From assembly GCA_029838195.1 (NCBI GenBank), contig JALGVJ010000001.1, positions 1-64,000 of the forward strand: a stretch of DNA of 64,000 bases, in the 5' to 3' direction. How positions within the stretch are numbered: position 1 is the stretch's first letter; each line of letters starts with the position of its first letter. Position numbers and translations under genes: made by a program. Positions 19,492-29,401 of the stretch are shown here, piece after piece. The notes below the pieces were generated by a model. That model saw only the letters and a list, made by a program, of their open reading frames with translations. It was not told the origin of the DNA and did not search any database. The stretch comes from Promethearchaeota archaeon. GTDB taxonomy: Archaea > Asgardarchaeota > Lokiarchaeia > Sigyniarchaeales > SOKP01.

Positions 19492-21033
19492 TTATTTTTC
19501 ATTTTTCTTTTTTATTTGTGATAATGTTTCTGGTACATCCGCCGCTTCCATGCCTTCTAGTTTTCTGTAATCTTCTACTGTTCTTGAAGATACTCCTTTA
19601 AGATAAGCAATTAATCGTTGCTCAATGGGGGGTTCTAATTTAGAAGGCACTTCCTCCCTCAAAATTTCAAGCATTTTTTCTCGAGCTCTCTCCATGATAT
19701 CTTTTTCTCCCTCTTTCATCCACGCCCCTCGTCGTTTTCTGTCTACAAGGGAAGGTACAAAAATTTCTTTTCTTACATATTTCGCAGAATGCTTGGTTCC
19801 TAGATAATTTCCCGAAGATAAGGCAACTCTTTCAATTTCTTCACGGGCTAAGGTATCCGAATTCACGGTGATTCCTTTTAGTTCTCTCTTTACCATGCCA
19901 ATGAGATCATCATCGATAATTAATAATTCTAACGCTTCAGTAATAGAAGATTCATAGGTACCAGCACACGTGATATAATTATGACCAGCAAGGGCTGCAT
20001 GGAGAAGAGTCAAATACCGTTCAAATCCATTTTGAAGATCAAAACATTTTGAGTCAGTCATTAAACCGGAGCCTTTCGAAGGAATCTTATAGTAATGGGC
20101 TAATTGGGCTGAGCCTATCGTTATTAAAGCAAATTCCGTGCTCCCATAAGCCATGTTTCCCGTTAATGGATCCATTATAGTATTAGTAGAGCCATATAAA
20201 ACAGGTGTGCCGGGATTTATTAATTGGGTCAATACAATTGAAGCTAATATTTCCATGTTAGTTTGAACCAATAAACCCGCTAATGTTACGGGAGCTGTAG
20301 AGCCCGCACCCGCAGCGGAGGTGATATTCATTGGTTGGTTATGCTTAGCAAATACAAATAATCCATTAAGTAAAATTTGAGGTAAGAGTAAAGGAGAAGT
20401 GGGATTGAATACGCCTAATAATCTGGGTTTCTTTTTTAGTTCATCTGTTCCTCCTGAAATGATGGAAGCCATATTAATCATGTCTTGCGAGGCGGTTCTT
20501 CCGAAACATGCCATTCCAAAAGGTTTGATTCCATGTTTTGCCCATTGTAAAATAGAATGACAATGAAGCACCGTGTAGGGAACATCTCCGGGCCAAATGT
20601 CTAAATGTGAGCAATCGATATTGTCTAATTTGTTTACTATTTTGATTTGATTAATTAAATCTTTTAGAGTAGAGTTTCGGATCTTTTTTCTTTTAGAAGA
20701 ATCATGTATTTTCATTGCAGCCCCAAAGGTGGAAAATATTTGAGCATTCAGATTCACTTTAATAGAATAAGAACCATCGGGGCCGTATAATGTAAATTCA
20801 TTAGGAACTTTTTTTAATTGTTCTTTTACTAAATCCTCCGGAAATAGGATATATATCTTATTATCTCTTTTTATCGAAGTTGCTCCATTTTTAACAAGGA
20901 GATTTTGGGCTTCCTCTGATTCTACTCTCACGCCTAGGGTTTGTAATAATTCTAACGTATTTTCATGAATGAGTTGAATCTCATCCTTAGAAAGGATTTT
21001 TAACGGCTGGATTTTCATGATTTCTGGGTTCAC
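19492..21033 (-). CDS. MttB-superfamily methylamine:corrinoid methyltransferase, non-pyrrolysine
   Basis: IHENTLELLQTLGV, NPTSPL, GSTAPVTLAG, QLINPGTP and TDSK motifs; no in-frame TAG. Confidence 0.88.
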   Translation of the reverse strand: MNPEIMKIQPLKILSKDEIQLIHENTLELLQTLGVRVESEEAQNLLVKNGATSIKRDNKIYILFPEDLVKEQLKKVPNEFTLYGPDGSYSIKVNLNAQIFSTFGAAMKIHDSSKRKKIRNSTLKDLINQIKIVNKLDNIDCSHLDIWPGDVPYTVLHCHSILQWAKHGIKPFGMACFGRTASQDMINMASIISGGTDELKKKPRLLGVFNPTSPLLLPQILLNGLFVFAKHNQPMNITSAAGAGSTAPVTLAGLLVQTNMEILASIVLTQLINPGTPVLYGSTNTIMDPLTGNMAYGSTEFALITIGSAQLAHYYKIPSKGSGLMTDSKCFDLQNGFERYLTLLHAALAGHNYITCAGTYESSITEALELLIIDDDLIGMVKRELKGITVNSDTLAREEIERVALSSGNYLGTKHSAKYVRKEIFVPSLVDRKRRGAWMKEGEKDIMERAREKMLEILREEVPSKLEPPIEQRLIAYLKGVSSRTVEDYRKLEGMEAADVPETLSQIKKKNEK

Positions 21034-21235
21034 AGTTTTTCTAAATATTTAATAATCGAATGAACAGCATGGCGATTTGCGTATTTAAAGGAATAATTAA
21101 TAATAATAAAAAAACAAAGGTTAATTTTAAACTCCATTATTTTTCATTTCACGCACCAAAAATTTGAATAATTTCAAAAAATTCTTGTTAATGAAAAATA
21201 ATATATTATTTATTAAACTAAAGAAATGACGTCAA

Positions 21236-22222
21236 ATGAGTAGCAAGCAATTAAAATTAACCATACCAAAAGGGAGTCTTCAAGAGGCGGTTACCTCTTT
21301 CTTTGAAAGAGCGGGATTGAAATTGACGTTCGCATCCAGCCGGGATTATAGACCATCAATTAATGATCCTGAAATTTATGTTAAACTTTTACGTCCCCAA
21401 GAGATCCCAAATTACTTGATTGGAGAACAAGAATTCGATTTAGGCATTTCTGGCATGGATTGGGTAAAAGAGACGAGCGCTGATGTGGAAGTCATATTAG
21501 ATTTAGAAATAGGAGGCGTTAAAATTGTTTTTTGCGTTCCCAATACTTGGGATCATGTGAATTCACTTGCCGATGCCCTTCGTTATTTTCATGAGAATAA
21601 TAAAATACTTAGAATTTCAACGGAGTATCTGACCTTATCATTAAATTATTTAATGGAGAATGACATGTATAAAGAATTATATGGAAATAAAGCGCCTTTA
21701 GTTATTACTCCTTGGAAAAAATGGGGTGAAAATGATAAAGTAAAAATTTTTTTATCTTTTGGAGCAACAGAAGCAAAACCGCCGGAAGAAGTAGATGCTA
21801 TCATTGATAATACGGAGACGGGCTCTACTTTACGAGCAAACAATTTAAAAATCGTGGAAATCATTGACCATTCCACTGCAGTATTAATTGCCAATAAAAA
21901 TGCTTTACAAGACGATTGGAAAAGAGAGAAAATTAAAGATCTTAAAGTGCTTTTGGTAGGAGTTATTGAAGCTTCAAAAAAATTACACATTTTCATGAAT
22001 GTGAAAAAGGACAATTTAAGTAAAATCATTTCCAAGCTTCCTGCTCTCAAAAAGCCCACCATTTCAAGACTTGCGGGAGATGATTCTAATGACTGGTTTG
22101 CAATTAATACCATTATCAAGAAAGATGAATTTCTAAGTTTAATTCCCTATCTACGGAAATATGCTCAAGGTTTAGTGGTACATGAACCTCGACAAATCCT
22201 TCCTTTAGAAAAAATCCAATAA
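21236..22222 (+). CDS. hisG: ATP phosphoribosyltransferase
   Basis: IPKGSL, RPQEIP, DLGISGMDW, GATEAKP, DNTETGSTL and a C-terminal regulatory domain (PTIS). Confidence 0.93.
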   Translation: MSSKQLKLTIPKGSLQEAVTSFFERAGLKLTFASSRDYRPSINDPEIYVKLLRPQEIPNYLIGEQEFDLGISGMDWVKETSADVEVILDLEIGGVKIVFCVPNTWDHVNSLADALRYFHENNKILRISTEYLTLSLNYLMENDMYKELYGNKAPLVITPWKKWGENDKVKIFLSFGATEAKPPEEVDAIIDNTETGSTLRANNLKIVEIIDHSTAVLIANKNALQDDWKREKIKDLKVLLVGVIEASKKLHIFMNVKKDNLSKIISKLPALKKPTISRLAGDDSNDWFAINTIIKKDEFLSLIPYLRKYAQGLVVHEPRQILPLEKIQ

Positions 22223-22235
22223 AAGGAGGAATTGC

Positions 22236-23546
22236 ATGGACGCTCTACAAATTATCTCATCTGAAGAGATTGCGGAAAAGACTCTCACTCATTATCTTCC
22301 CAGAATCGAGCAAGATTTTGAAGATATAAAGCAAGACGTAATAAACATCATCAATCAAGTCAAAACTTACGGGGACAAAGCTGTTTTAGAATATACGAGA
22401 AAATTTGATCATGTTGACTTAGAAAGGGATCAAATAAAAATATCTTTAAAAGAACTCCAAGACGCTTGGGAATCTGTCGATGCGCAACTATTTAAAGCAA
22501 TACAGCATGCCAAAGAAAACCTATTAAAATTTCATCGAGCTCAAATGAAAGAAGATTGGACCATCGAGATTGTCAAGGGCGTGAAAGCGGGACAAATTTA
22601 CCGTCCGCTTGATTCGGTTGGAATCTACGTTCCTGGCGGGAAAGCTATTTATCCAAGCACGGTTTTAATGACAGCAATTCCTGCTCTTGTAGCAGGCGTG
22701 AAAAACGTGATTTTATGTTCCCCTCCCTCGTTCCATGGAACAATTGCACCAGAAATTCTCGCTACCGCAAAAGAATGCAATATTTCTCAAATTTACAAAA
22801 TTGGAGGTGTTCAAGCTATAGCAGCCATGGCGTTTGGTACAGAAACAATCCCTCCCGTTCAAAAAATCATCGGCCCGGGAAATAAATGGGTAAATGCTGC
22901 AAAACAATTATTGTCAAACGTCGTAGCTATAGACACGCCAGCTGGCCCCTCAGAAATTTTGATAATTGCGGATGAAAATGCAAATTTAGATCATGTCATG
23001 ATAGATTTCCTCTCTCAAATTGAACATGATCCCGATAACATTGGAATTTTAATCTCGCTTTCCGAAAAATTAACGATTAATTTTAAAAATAAAATCTCCC
23101 TTGTTGTAGAGCAATCGGAGCGAAAAGAAATAATAAAATCTTCTTTAAAAAATTCCTTAATCATTAATGCAAAAAATATAGAAGAAGCAATAAGAGTCGC
23201 AAATTTAATTGCTCCTGAACACTTAGAACTCTTGATAGCTAACTATGATGCCGTTTTGGATAAAATAATGAATGCAGGAGCAGTATTTTTAGGACCTTAT
23301 TCTCCCGTCCCATTAGGTGATTATTGTGCCGGAACTAATCACGTTCTTCCTACCGGTGGTAATGCTAAAAAATTTTCCGGCTTGAATACCCTCCAATTTT
23401 TAAAAATTATTGATACATTGGAATGTAATTTAACGGGACTTGAAGAATTATCTCATTCTGCGATAAAACTTGCAGAATTTGAAGGATTATCCCTTCATAA
23501 AGAAGCAATTTTAAGGAGATTAAAAGAAAAAAATAAATTTAAATGA
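22236..23546 (+). CDS. hisD: histidinol dehydrogenase
   Basis: GIYVPGG, YPSTVLM, GPGNKWV, AGPSE, QIEHD, APEHLE and GDYCAGTNHVLPT. Confidence 0.96.
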   Translation: MDALQIISSEEIAEKTLTHYLPRIEQDFEDIKQDVINIINQVKTYGDKAVLEYTRKFDHVDLERDQIKISLKELQDAWESVDAQLFKAIQHAKENLLKFHRAQMKEDWTIEIVKGVKAGQIYRPLDSVGIYVPGGKAIYPSTVLMTAIPALVAGVKNVILCSPPSFHGTIAPEILATAKECNISQIYKIGGVQAIAAMAFGTETIPPVQKIIGPGNKWVNAAKQLLSNVVAIDTPAGPSEILIIADENANLDHVMIDFLSQIEHDPDNIGILISLSEKLTINFKNKISLVVEQSERKEIIKSSLKNSLIINAKNIEEAIRVANLIAPEHLELLIANYDAVLDKIMNAGAVFLGPYSPVPLGDYCAGTNHVLPTGGNAKKFSGLNTLQFLKIIDTLECNLTGLEELSHSAIKLAEFEGLSLHKEAILRRLKEKNKFK

Positions 23547-23620
23547 TTTACAAGGTTTCTTCAATTATATATTTATGATTGAATGGGATCTATTAATATT
23601 TTACTTATTTTTTCCTTATC

Positions 23621-24712
23621 ATGAATCTTAAGAAGTTAATACGAAATAACATTTTAGATTTTGCTGCATACACTCCCGGTGAGCAACCAATTGAGAAAGG
23701 ATGGATTAAATTAAATACAAATGAGAATCCATACCCTCCTATTCCAGAAGTCATGGAAGATCTGACTAAGGCAATCAATGATAATTTGAGAAAATATCCC
23801 GATCCCCGGGCAGTTCAATTAAGGAAAATATTAATTGAGCAGTTTTTAAAAGACAAGTATAAAATTGATAACTTAGAGGCAATTCTAATTGGAAATGGTT
23901 CTGATGAAATTCTTGATATAATTTTTAAAGCTTTCATTGAAAAAAATGATGAGATCGTTTTCTTTAACCCTTCTTATGGCATGTATAAAGTTTTAACTGC
24001 TCTTTATGAAGGTAAAGCTCAAGAAATTAAATTAAACGAAGATTTTAGCATTCCCCGGTTTGCATTTGATGTACAAGGCAAATTATTAATCATTAATTCT
24101 CCTAATAATCCAAACGGAAAATCTTATTCAAATGAATTGATAGAGACGTTTTGCGAGAATTTTTCTGGAATCGTGCTTGTAGATGAAGCTTATGCTGACT
24201 TTTCCAATACAACCGCCTTATCCATTCTTCCTGATTTTGAAAATCTGATTGTAATTCGCACTTTTTCCAAGAGTTTTTCCCTTGCGTCCATGAGAATCGG
24301 CTATGCGGTAGCCCATCCAAGTATAATTAATGAATTAAATAAAGTCAAATTACCCTATAATACGAGTTATATTGCTCAAGTGGCGGCAATTTCCTGTCTT
24401 AAAAATATAAAAAAGATTTTTTCCCGAAATGAGAAAATTATCTTCCAGCGAGAACAGCTCATTAATGAACTAAAAAAAATACCATCGATTAAAGTATTTC
24501 CCTCAGATGCTAATTTTGTATTAATAAAATTTCCAAACAAAAATTTAGCCAAAACATGTCATGAAGAATTAAAAAAACAAAAAATTCTCGTTCGTTATTT
24601 TAATACAAGAGAATTAAAAGAATATATTAGGATTTCAATTGGAACGGAAGAAAAAAATATTTTTTTCTTGGATTCGTTTAATAATATTATAAAAAAAGTC
24701 CTCAAAATTTAA
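23621..24712 (+). CDS. hisC: histidinol-phosphate aminotransferase
   Basis: KLNTNENPY, GNGSDE, SPNNPNG, VDEAY and RTFSKSFSLASMRIGY. Confidence 0.94.
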   Translation: MNLKKLIRNNILDFAAYTPGEQPIEKGWIKLNTNENPYPPIPEVMEDLTKAINDNLRKYPDPRAVQLRKILIEQFLKDKYKIDNLEAILIGNGSDEILDIIFKAFIEKNDEIVFFNPSYGMYKVLTALYEGKAQEIKLNEDFSIPRFAFDVQGKLLIINSPNNPNGKSYSNELIETFCENFSGIVLVDEAYADFSNTTALSILPDFENLIVIRTFSKSFSLASMRIGYAVAHPSIINELNKVKLPYNTSYIAQVAAISCLKNIKKIFSRNEKIIFQREQLINELKKIPSIKVFPSDANFVLIKFPNKNLAKTCHEELKKQKILVRYFNTRELKEYIRISIGTEEKNIFFLDSFNNIIKKVLKI

Positions 24713-24764
24713 ATTAAAACTTTAATTATTTACTTTTACTAAAATTCAAGGAAGGAATGTTTTC

Positions 24765-25910
24765 ATGGTGCTTTTTTTCGGTGAGAGAAAAGATGTCATT
24801 GAATGTACAAACTGTGGGTATAAGCTCATTAAACCTTACCCTAAGGATAAAAAATGTCCTCGTTGCAAGAAAATTGTTGATGCTTTAGAAGAGAATAGAA
24901 AGAAAACACCGAAACAATTTGAAACGATGACAAAAACAGCTTCATCGAAATTATGGGGGAAAGTAAAGATAAAAAATACGGAATCAGATGCATTTCTTGT
25001 TTCGGGAGATAAAATTATCTTAAAAGATAATGAATATATAAAATTATTTGGCATTTGTTCTGTCCAGCGCACGCCCTTATACTATAGTAATGAAAAGCAC
25101 GTCTATTTATTGGAATTGACCAATAACTTGGACTTCATAGCTACGAGCATTTTAGGAGGGGAATTAGATAAAATGCTTCTCATTTCAGAAGAAACCCATC
25201 AAGAGGAAAAATGTCAATTTCTCGTGAAAGAAGGAATAATATATATTGTCTATGGCGTATTTCCGGATAAAAAAGGAAAATGGTTATTGGAACAAATGCA
25301 CGTTCATTTTTCTGAATTGGTAAAAGGAAAAGATGTAGATAACTTAAACAAGTTAGAAAAACATGAACTTAAATTAGAGTTTCGAAAGCGAATTAATTTT
25401 ATCGTGGAAGAATATCTTAAAATTCAGGCAGTCTTTTCTGATCAAGACCTCCCCTATATCGATCCACATATAAGAATTGATTATATAGGGTTATCATTCA
25501 AATCGATTGGCCTTATCTCTTTATTAATCGGGAATGAACTTAAAGTAGAAGTTGCCGGTGAATTCGATAATGAAATGGATAAATTAGAAATGCAAGAATC
25601 TATTTTAACGGCTAAAATTGAGGCCATTGCGGCTAACACCCGGGGAAATACTGGAGCAATACCCAGATGGATTGCAGTTAAATTAGGGTATCAACATTAT
25701 AGGTTCATTACTTTTAAACAATACGAAAAAGATTACTTCATGTGTTTCTTATGTGAAGGAAATCTAAAAAAAGTGGAAATAGCTGAAAAACAATTAGACC
25801 CTTTTATCCTGCCTTATACTACAAGTGAATTTAAAGGAGATCTACAAGCATTTAATGAATTGAAAAGAAAATTAATAAATTTCTTTAAAGAAAAGAATAC
25901 GTTCCCCTAA
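24765..25910 (+). CDS. Zn-ribbon plus tandem longin/roadblock-like domains
   Basis: CTNC...CPRC, then two beta-beta-alpha-beta-beta-beta-alpha-like segments. The fold is inferred from sequence pattern. Confidence 0.5.
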   Translation: MVLFFGERKDVIECTNCGYKLIKPYPKDKKCPRCKKIVDALEENRKKTPKQFETMTKTASSKLWGKVKIKNTESDAFLVSGDKIILKDNEYIKLFGICSVQRTPLYYSNEKHVYLLELTNNLDFIATSILGGELDKMLLISEETHQEEKCQFLVKEGIIYIVYGVFPDKKGKWLLEQMHVHFSELVKGKDVDNLNKLEKHELKLEFRKRINFIVEEYLKIQAVFSDQDLPYIDPHIRIDYIGLSFKSIGLISLLIGNELKVEVAGEFDNEMDKLEMQESILTAKIEAIAANTRGNTGAIPRWIAVKLGYQHYRFITFKQYEKDYFMCFLCEGNLKKVEIAEKQLDPFILPYTTSEFKGDLQAFNELKRKLINFFKEKNTFP

Positions 25911-27127
25911 ACCTTAATAAATTTAATCGTTATTATTAATGCGATACAAGTTAAAATTGAAATGAAGTAAAAAGGAACGTGTAAAGAAAATTCTCCTAAA
26001 GAACTTATTATTATAGGTCCTAAAGCTCCACATATGAATCCTATGGTATTATTAAACCCAAACCCTGAACCTTTCAAATCAGGATTAATTTTCTCGATTA
26101 TATTCGAAATTTGAGAATTACCAGCAGTCTGAAAATAAGCGAAGCCCATTCCAGAAATAATGCATCCCATGTAAAAAATGAGAAAATTCGGTATAAAGCT
26201 CATCAAGAAAAATAATCCACCTGCGATAAGAATTAAACCTTGGCCTACTATTAAAATTCTTTTTGAATTGAATTTATCCACGAGAGGGCCCCCTAAAATT
26301 ATTGAAATTATATAAATAAAAACAATGAAAATTAAAAGATAACTCGTTTCCAATTCATTTCTTCCCCAATAAATCTGTAAAACCCATATGATATAAACGA
26401 TACTTCCATTTAAAAACATCCATCGAAGGCTATTTAAAATAATAGTCAACAAATATTGGCGCTCCTTGATTAAAACCTTTATATTGCTGAAAAATGCAAT
26501 GGCATTTTGATCTCCTAATATTTCTTCCATGCTAGAGGATGATTCTTTCTTAGGGATGTCTAAAAATGCAAAAATTAAAATCATTGAGATGAACGTTAAA
26601 GTACCCGAAAATAAAAAAATCAATCTAAAATTAAAATAATAAGCGACATACCCTCCTAAAATAATTCCGCCAAAATACCCCAAGCTCAGACTAAAGGAAT
26701 AAAATGCCATGGCTTTCCCTTGTTTTTCTTTATCAAAATGTTCGCAAGTTAGTGCTTGAAGTATCGAACTATAAGCTCCTGCGCCCTGGATTGCCCTAAA
26801 TAAAATTAATTGGATTACATTTTGAGCCATGAAGCATAAAAAGGTTCCTGCAATATATATGCTCATGCCAATTCCAATCATTAATTTTCTACCAAACTTA
26901 TCAGAAGCAGAAGCAATTGGGAATTGAAAAATTGATTGAGTAATTGAGAAAATGCCTACAACCAAACCATATGAAATGAGAGTACCCGATAAACTTAGAA
27001 TAAATCGCGGTAAGCCAATATCAACTATACTCGAGCCTAAGTTCCTAAAAAAATTAGCTATTAAAATGGTAAATAAAAAGATTTTTGCTTTTAGAGTACT
27101 AATAGGTAAATCTGATTTTTTTTCCAT
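25907..27127 (-). CDS. MFS transporter
   Basis: About 12 TM; SDKFGRK motif A; FRAIQGAG. Confidence 0.9.
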   Translation of the reverse strand: MEKKSDLPISTLKAKIFLFTILIANFFRNLGSSIVDIGLPRFILSLSGTLISYGLVVGIFSITQSIFQFPIASASDKFGRKLMIGIGMSIYIAGTFLCFMAQNVIQLILFRAIQGAGAYSSILQALTCEHFDKEKQGKAMAFYSFSLSLGYFGGIILGGYVAYYFNFRLIFLFSGTLTFISMILIFAFLDIPKKESSSSMEEILGDQNAIAFFSNIKVLIKERQYLLTIILNSLRWMFLNGSIVYIIWVLQIYWGRNELETSYLLIFIVFIYIISIILGGPLVDKFNSKRILIVGQGLILIAGGLFFLMSFIPNFLIFYMGCIISGMGFAYFQTAGNSQISNIIEKINPDLKGSGFGFNNTIGFICGALGPIIISSLGEFSLHVPFYFISILTCIALIITIKFIKV

Positions 27128-27338
27128 TTATCTTAGAAATTAATGAAAAAATAAAAATTATTTTAATTACAAGTGAGAAAAAAACATGAATGGATTCAAA
27201 CTATATCCTCAAGAAACTTTCCAATAATAAGAGAGGGTGGTAAATTTTTAAGATATTTAGTCATAATTGACTAAAAAAAGTTTTATAATCGAGCTGACGT
27301 AAATAGAGGCTCTCTTTTCAATGCGTTCCCTTATTTAT

Positions 27339-27611
27339 TTAGCGGTTCTTTTGCTCCTCGCGCATTTCATTAATTTTAGTCTTCACTTTTTTAAGTAAAC
27401 GATTTCCGGTAGCTTTTATCAATGTTTTAAGATCTTTTGGAGTTTTTGAGGCATTTACTTTTGGAATTATTTTTAAATTAAAATCACTTGGCTTGTTTTC
27501 AAATCCACATTGTTCACAATACACCATCTTACCTTCCCGCAAGTAGGTAATTAAGTCCTCTTGTAAACGAGCTCCACATTCAATGCAATATAATATTATC
27601 TCTTCTGACAT
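27339..27611 (-). CDS. small Zn-ribbon protein
   Basis: CIECG...CEQCG with a basic tail. Confidence 0.7.
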   Translation of the reverse strand: MSEEIILYCIECGARLQEDLITYLREGKMVYCEQCGFENKPSDFNLKIIPKVNASKTPKDLKTLIKATGNRLLKKVKTKINEMREEQKNR

Positions 27612-27828
27612 TCCAGTTAAAAAGAATGATTTTTTATTTAAATAACGATTTTACTACTTATAGTAATGTTGTCTTAGATATTATATAATTATTTCATTTT
27701 CAAAAACAATTTATTTTTTGAAGAAAAAAATTCTATTGAAAAGGGGTTAGCTCCCGATAAAATTTCTCTCTAAGATCTCGAATTAAAAATTCAAAGGAAG
27801 GATTATAATAATTAAAAAAGATGGTAAA

Positions 27829-28803
27829 ATGATAACCTCCATAGAACGTATTGTCGAAGAATATCATGAGAAAAAAATCGATATTGATACTTTATACAAT
27901 CACGTGCTATCGATAATCGAGGTATGTGATGATGATCAAATTAGAAGGAAATATATCTTCTCTTTAAATAAAATCATTCCTCTCTTGCCAAAAATAAAAA
28001 GAAGCTCTCTTTTAGAGTATTTGGAACAACTACTCTTATCCGAAATAAATCCTGCTATTAAAATCACAACGATTTCTGTCCTTCAATCATGGACTAAGAA
28101 TAAACTTTTAAATCCATTAAAATGGATGCTCCAACACGAAACAAACTATGAATGCTTGGTGTCAATAATAAAATCATTAGCTTGCCTTGAAAGTACTATT
28201 AGTAAAAAAATATTACTTAAAGAGTTAAAAAAAATCAGAAAAAAAGTATTCATGGATGAGAAAAAGCAAATTAAAAATATTAAATATAGACAAGAACTTA
28301 AAAAACTATTTGAAAATAAAACAATCTATGCTCTAACGCCTGAGAAATTAGCAGATATTCTCATCAATTATCATACCATTAAAATTTTAAAAGAAAAATT
28401 CTTTTCCGTTTATTATGAACTTGAAAAAGGATGCGTCATTGAATTGGATTTATCCGATGTGGAATACGAAGTAAGAGGATGGAAACCCGAATTTAAAAAT
28501 AATATAAAAAGCTTATTAGAGATCCCGGGCTTGGAAAATTTAAAATATCTTCGAAGACTCGACCTTTCCAATAATCAAATACAAAGTATTAAAGAATTGT
28601 TGCCCCTTAAAAACTTGACTCATCTTTATTTGGGGAATAATCAACTTCAAGATAAAGCAAATATTAAATGGATTAATAAGATGGAAAACCTCCGATATTT
28701 AGAAATAATTGGTAATAAAATCGCAGATAAAAAATATATTCATGAATTTAACCCTAATATGGAAATCTTGATAAAACGCACTAATGTCCCAACCTTCTCG
28801 TGA
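27829..28803 (+). CDS. HEAT plus short LRR protein (same N-terminal family as the three above)
   Basis: LLLSEINPAIK, LKWMLQHE, LADILINY, IELDLS; 3-4 SDS22-like LRRs. Confidence 0.82.
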   Translation: MITSIERIVEEYHEKKIDIDTLYNHVLSIIEVCDDDQIRRKYIFSLNKIIPLLPKIKRSSLLEYLEQLLLSEINPAIKITTISVLQSWTKNKLLNPLKWMLQHETNYECLVSIIKSLACLESTISKKILLKELKKIRKKVFMDEKKQIKNIKYRQELKKLFENKTIYALTPEKLADILINYHTIKILKEKFFSVYYELEKGCVIELDLSDVEYEVRGWKPEFKNNIKSLLEIPGLENLKYLRRLDLSNNQIQSIKELLPLKNLTHLYLGNNQLQDKANIKWINKMENLRYLEIIGNKIADKKYIHEFNPNMEILIKRTNVPTFS

Positions 28804-28853
28804 TAATTATTCTTAATTCTCTTTAATTTCTATATTATAACTTTTTTTCAATT

Positions 28854-29235
28854 CTCTAACTATGAATTTGGACAAATTGTCCTAGCATCCCGTCGTTAGA
28901 GGAAACGGGAAAGATCGATGATGCAACACTGGGATGAGAGGCCACCGCATGCGAGATGAGCTTGAAATAATAACGCCGAGAGGCGGGCGGAATTCGAGTA
29001 CCGCGTGAGATAAAGCTTGCTTGACGTGCTGCGACCGCACGCATCGCACTTGAAATTTTCCCAAGCGATCCCATTTTCTTAAAGTGTTAGTACTGACACC
29101 CAATAAGGAGGCAACATGTCCGAGGGAGAGAAAGAAAGAGCTCATGAAGAATGATTAGGAAAGACAATAAAAAACCCCTTTATTTTTGTGTTCATGTCTA
29201 ATTTTGTCCAAAATTGTTTTGACTAGTCGGCGACT
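28854..29235 (-). mobile_element. internally deleted IS607-family element (copy 1)
   Basis: Remnant TnpA HTH (LSLGHVASLLGVSTNTLRKWDRLGK). The end at 28854-28909 is 52/56 identical to 47063-47118; the other end has CGACTG and TGTCCAA motifs shared with copy 2. Confidence 0.78.
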
Positions 29236-29401
29236 GTTTAAAATTGAATTAATCAGACGTCTATCTCTGTTGGAATTTAAAGTAATGAAGAGAATGTTAA
29301 GAATATTTTAAACAAAATAAATTATAAAATTTTCAAAAAAAATGAAAAAAATGATAAATAATTTAAAAATAAAAAATATTTGAAATTTATCTCTATGGGT
29401 T

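Noticed and set aside
19492-21033. pyrrolysine-containing MttB
   Set aside because: No in-frame TAG; the ORF is continuous.
28856-29145. functional proteins from ORFs 28856..29074 and 28882..29145
   Set aside because: Only the TnpA HTH fragment is recognisable; the catalytic domain is deleted and the rest runs into the structured end.
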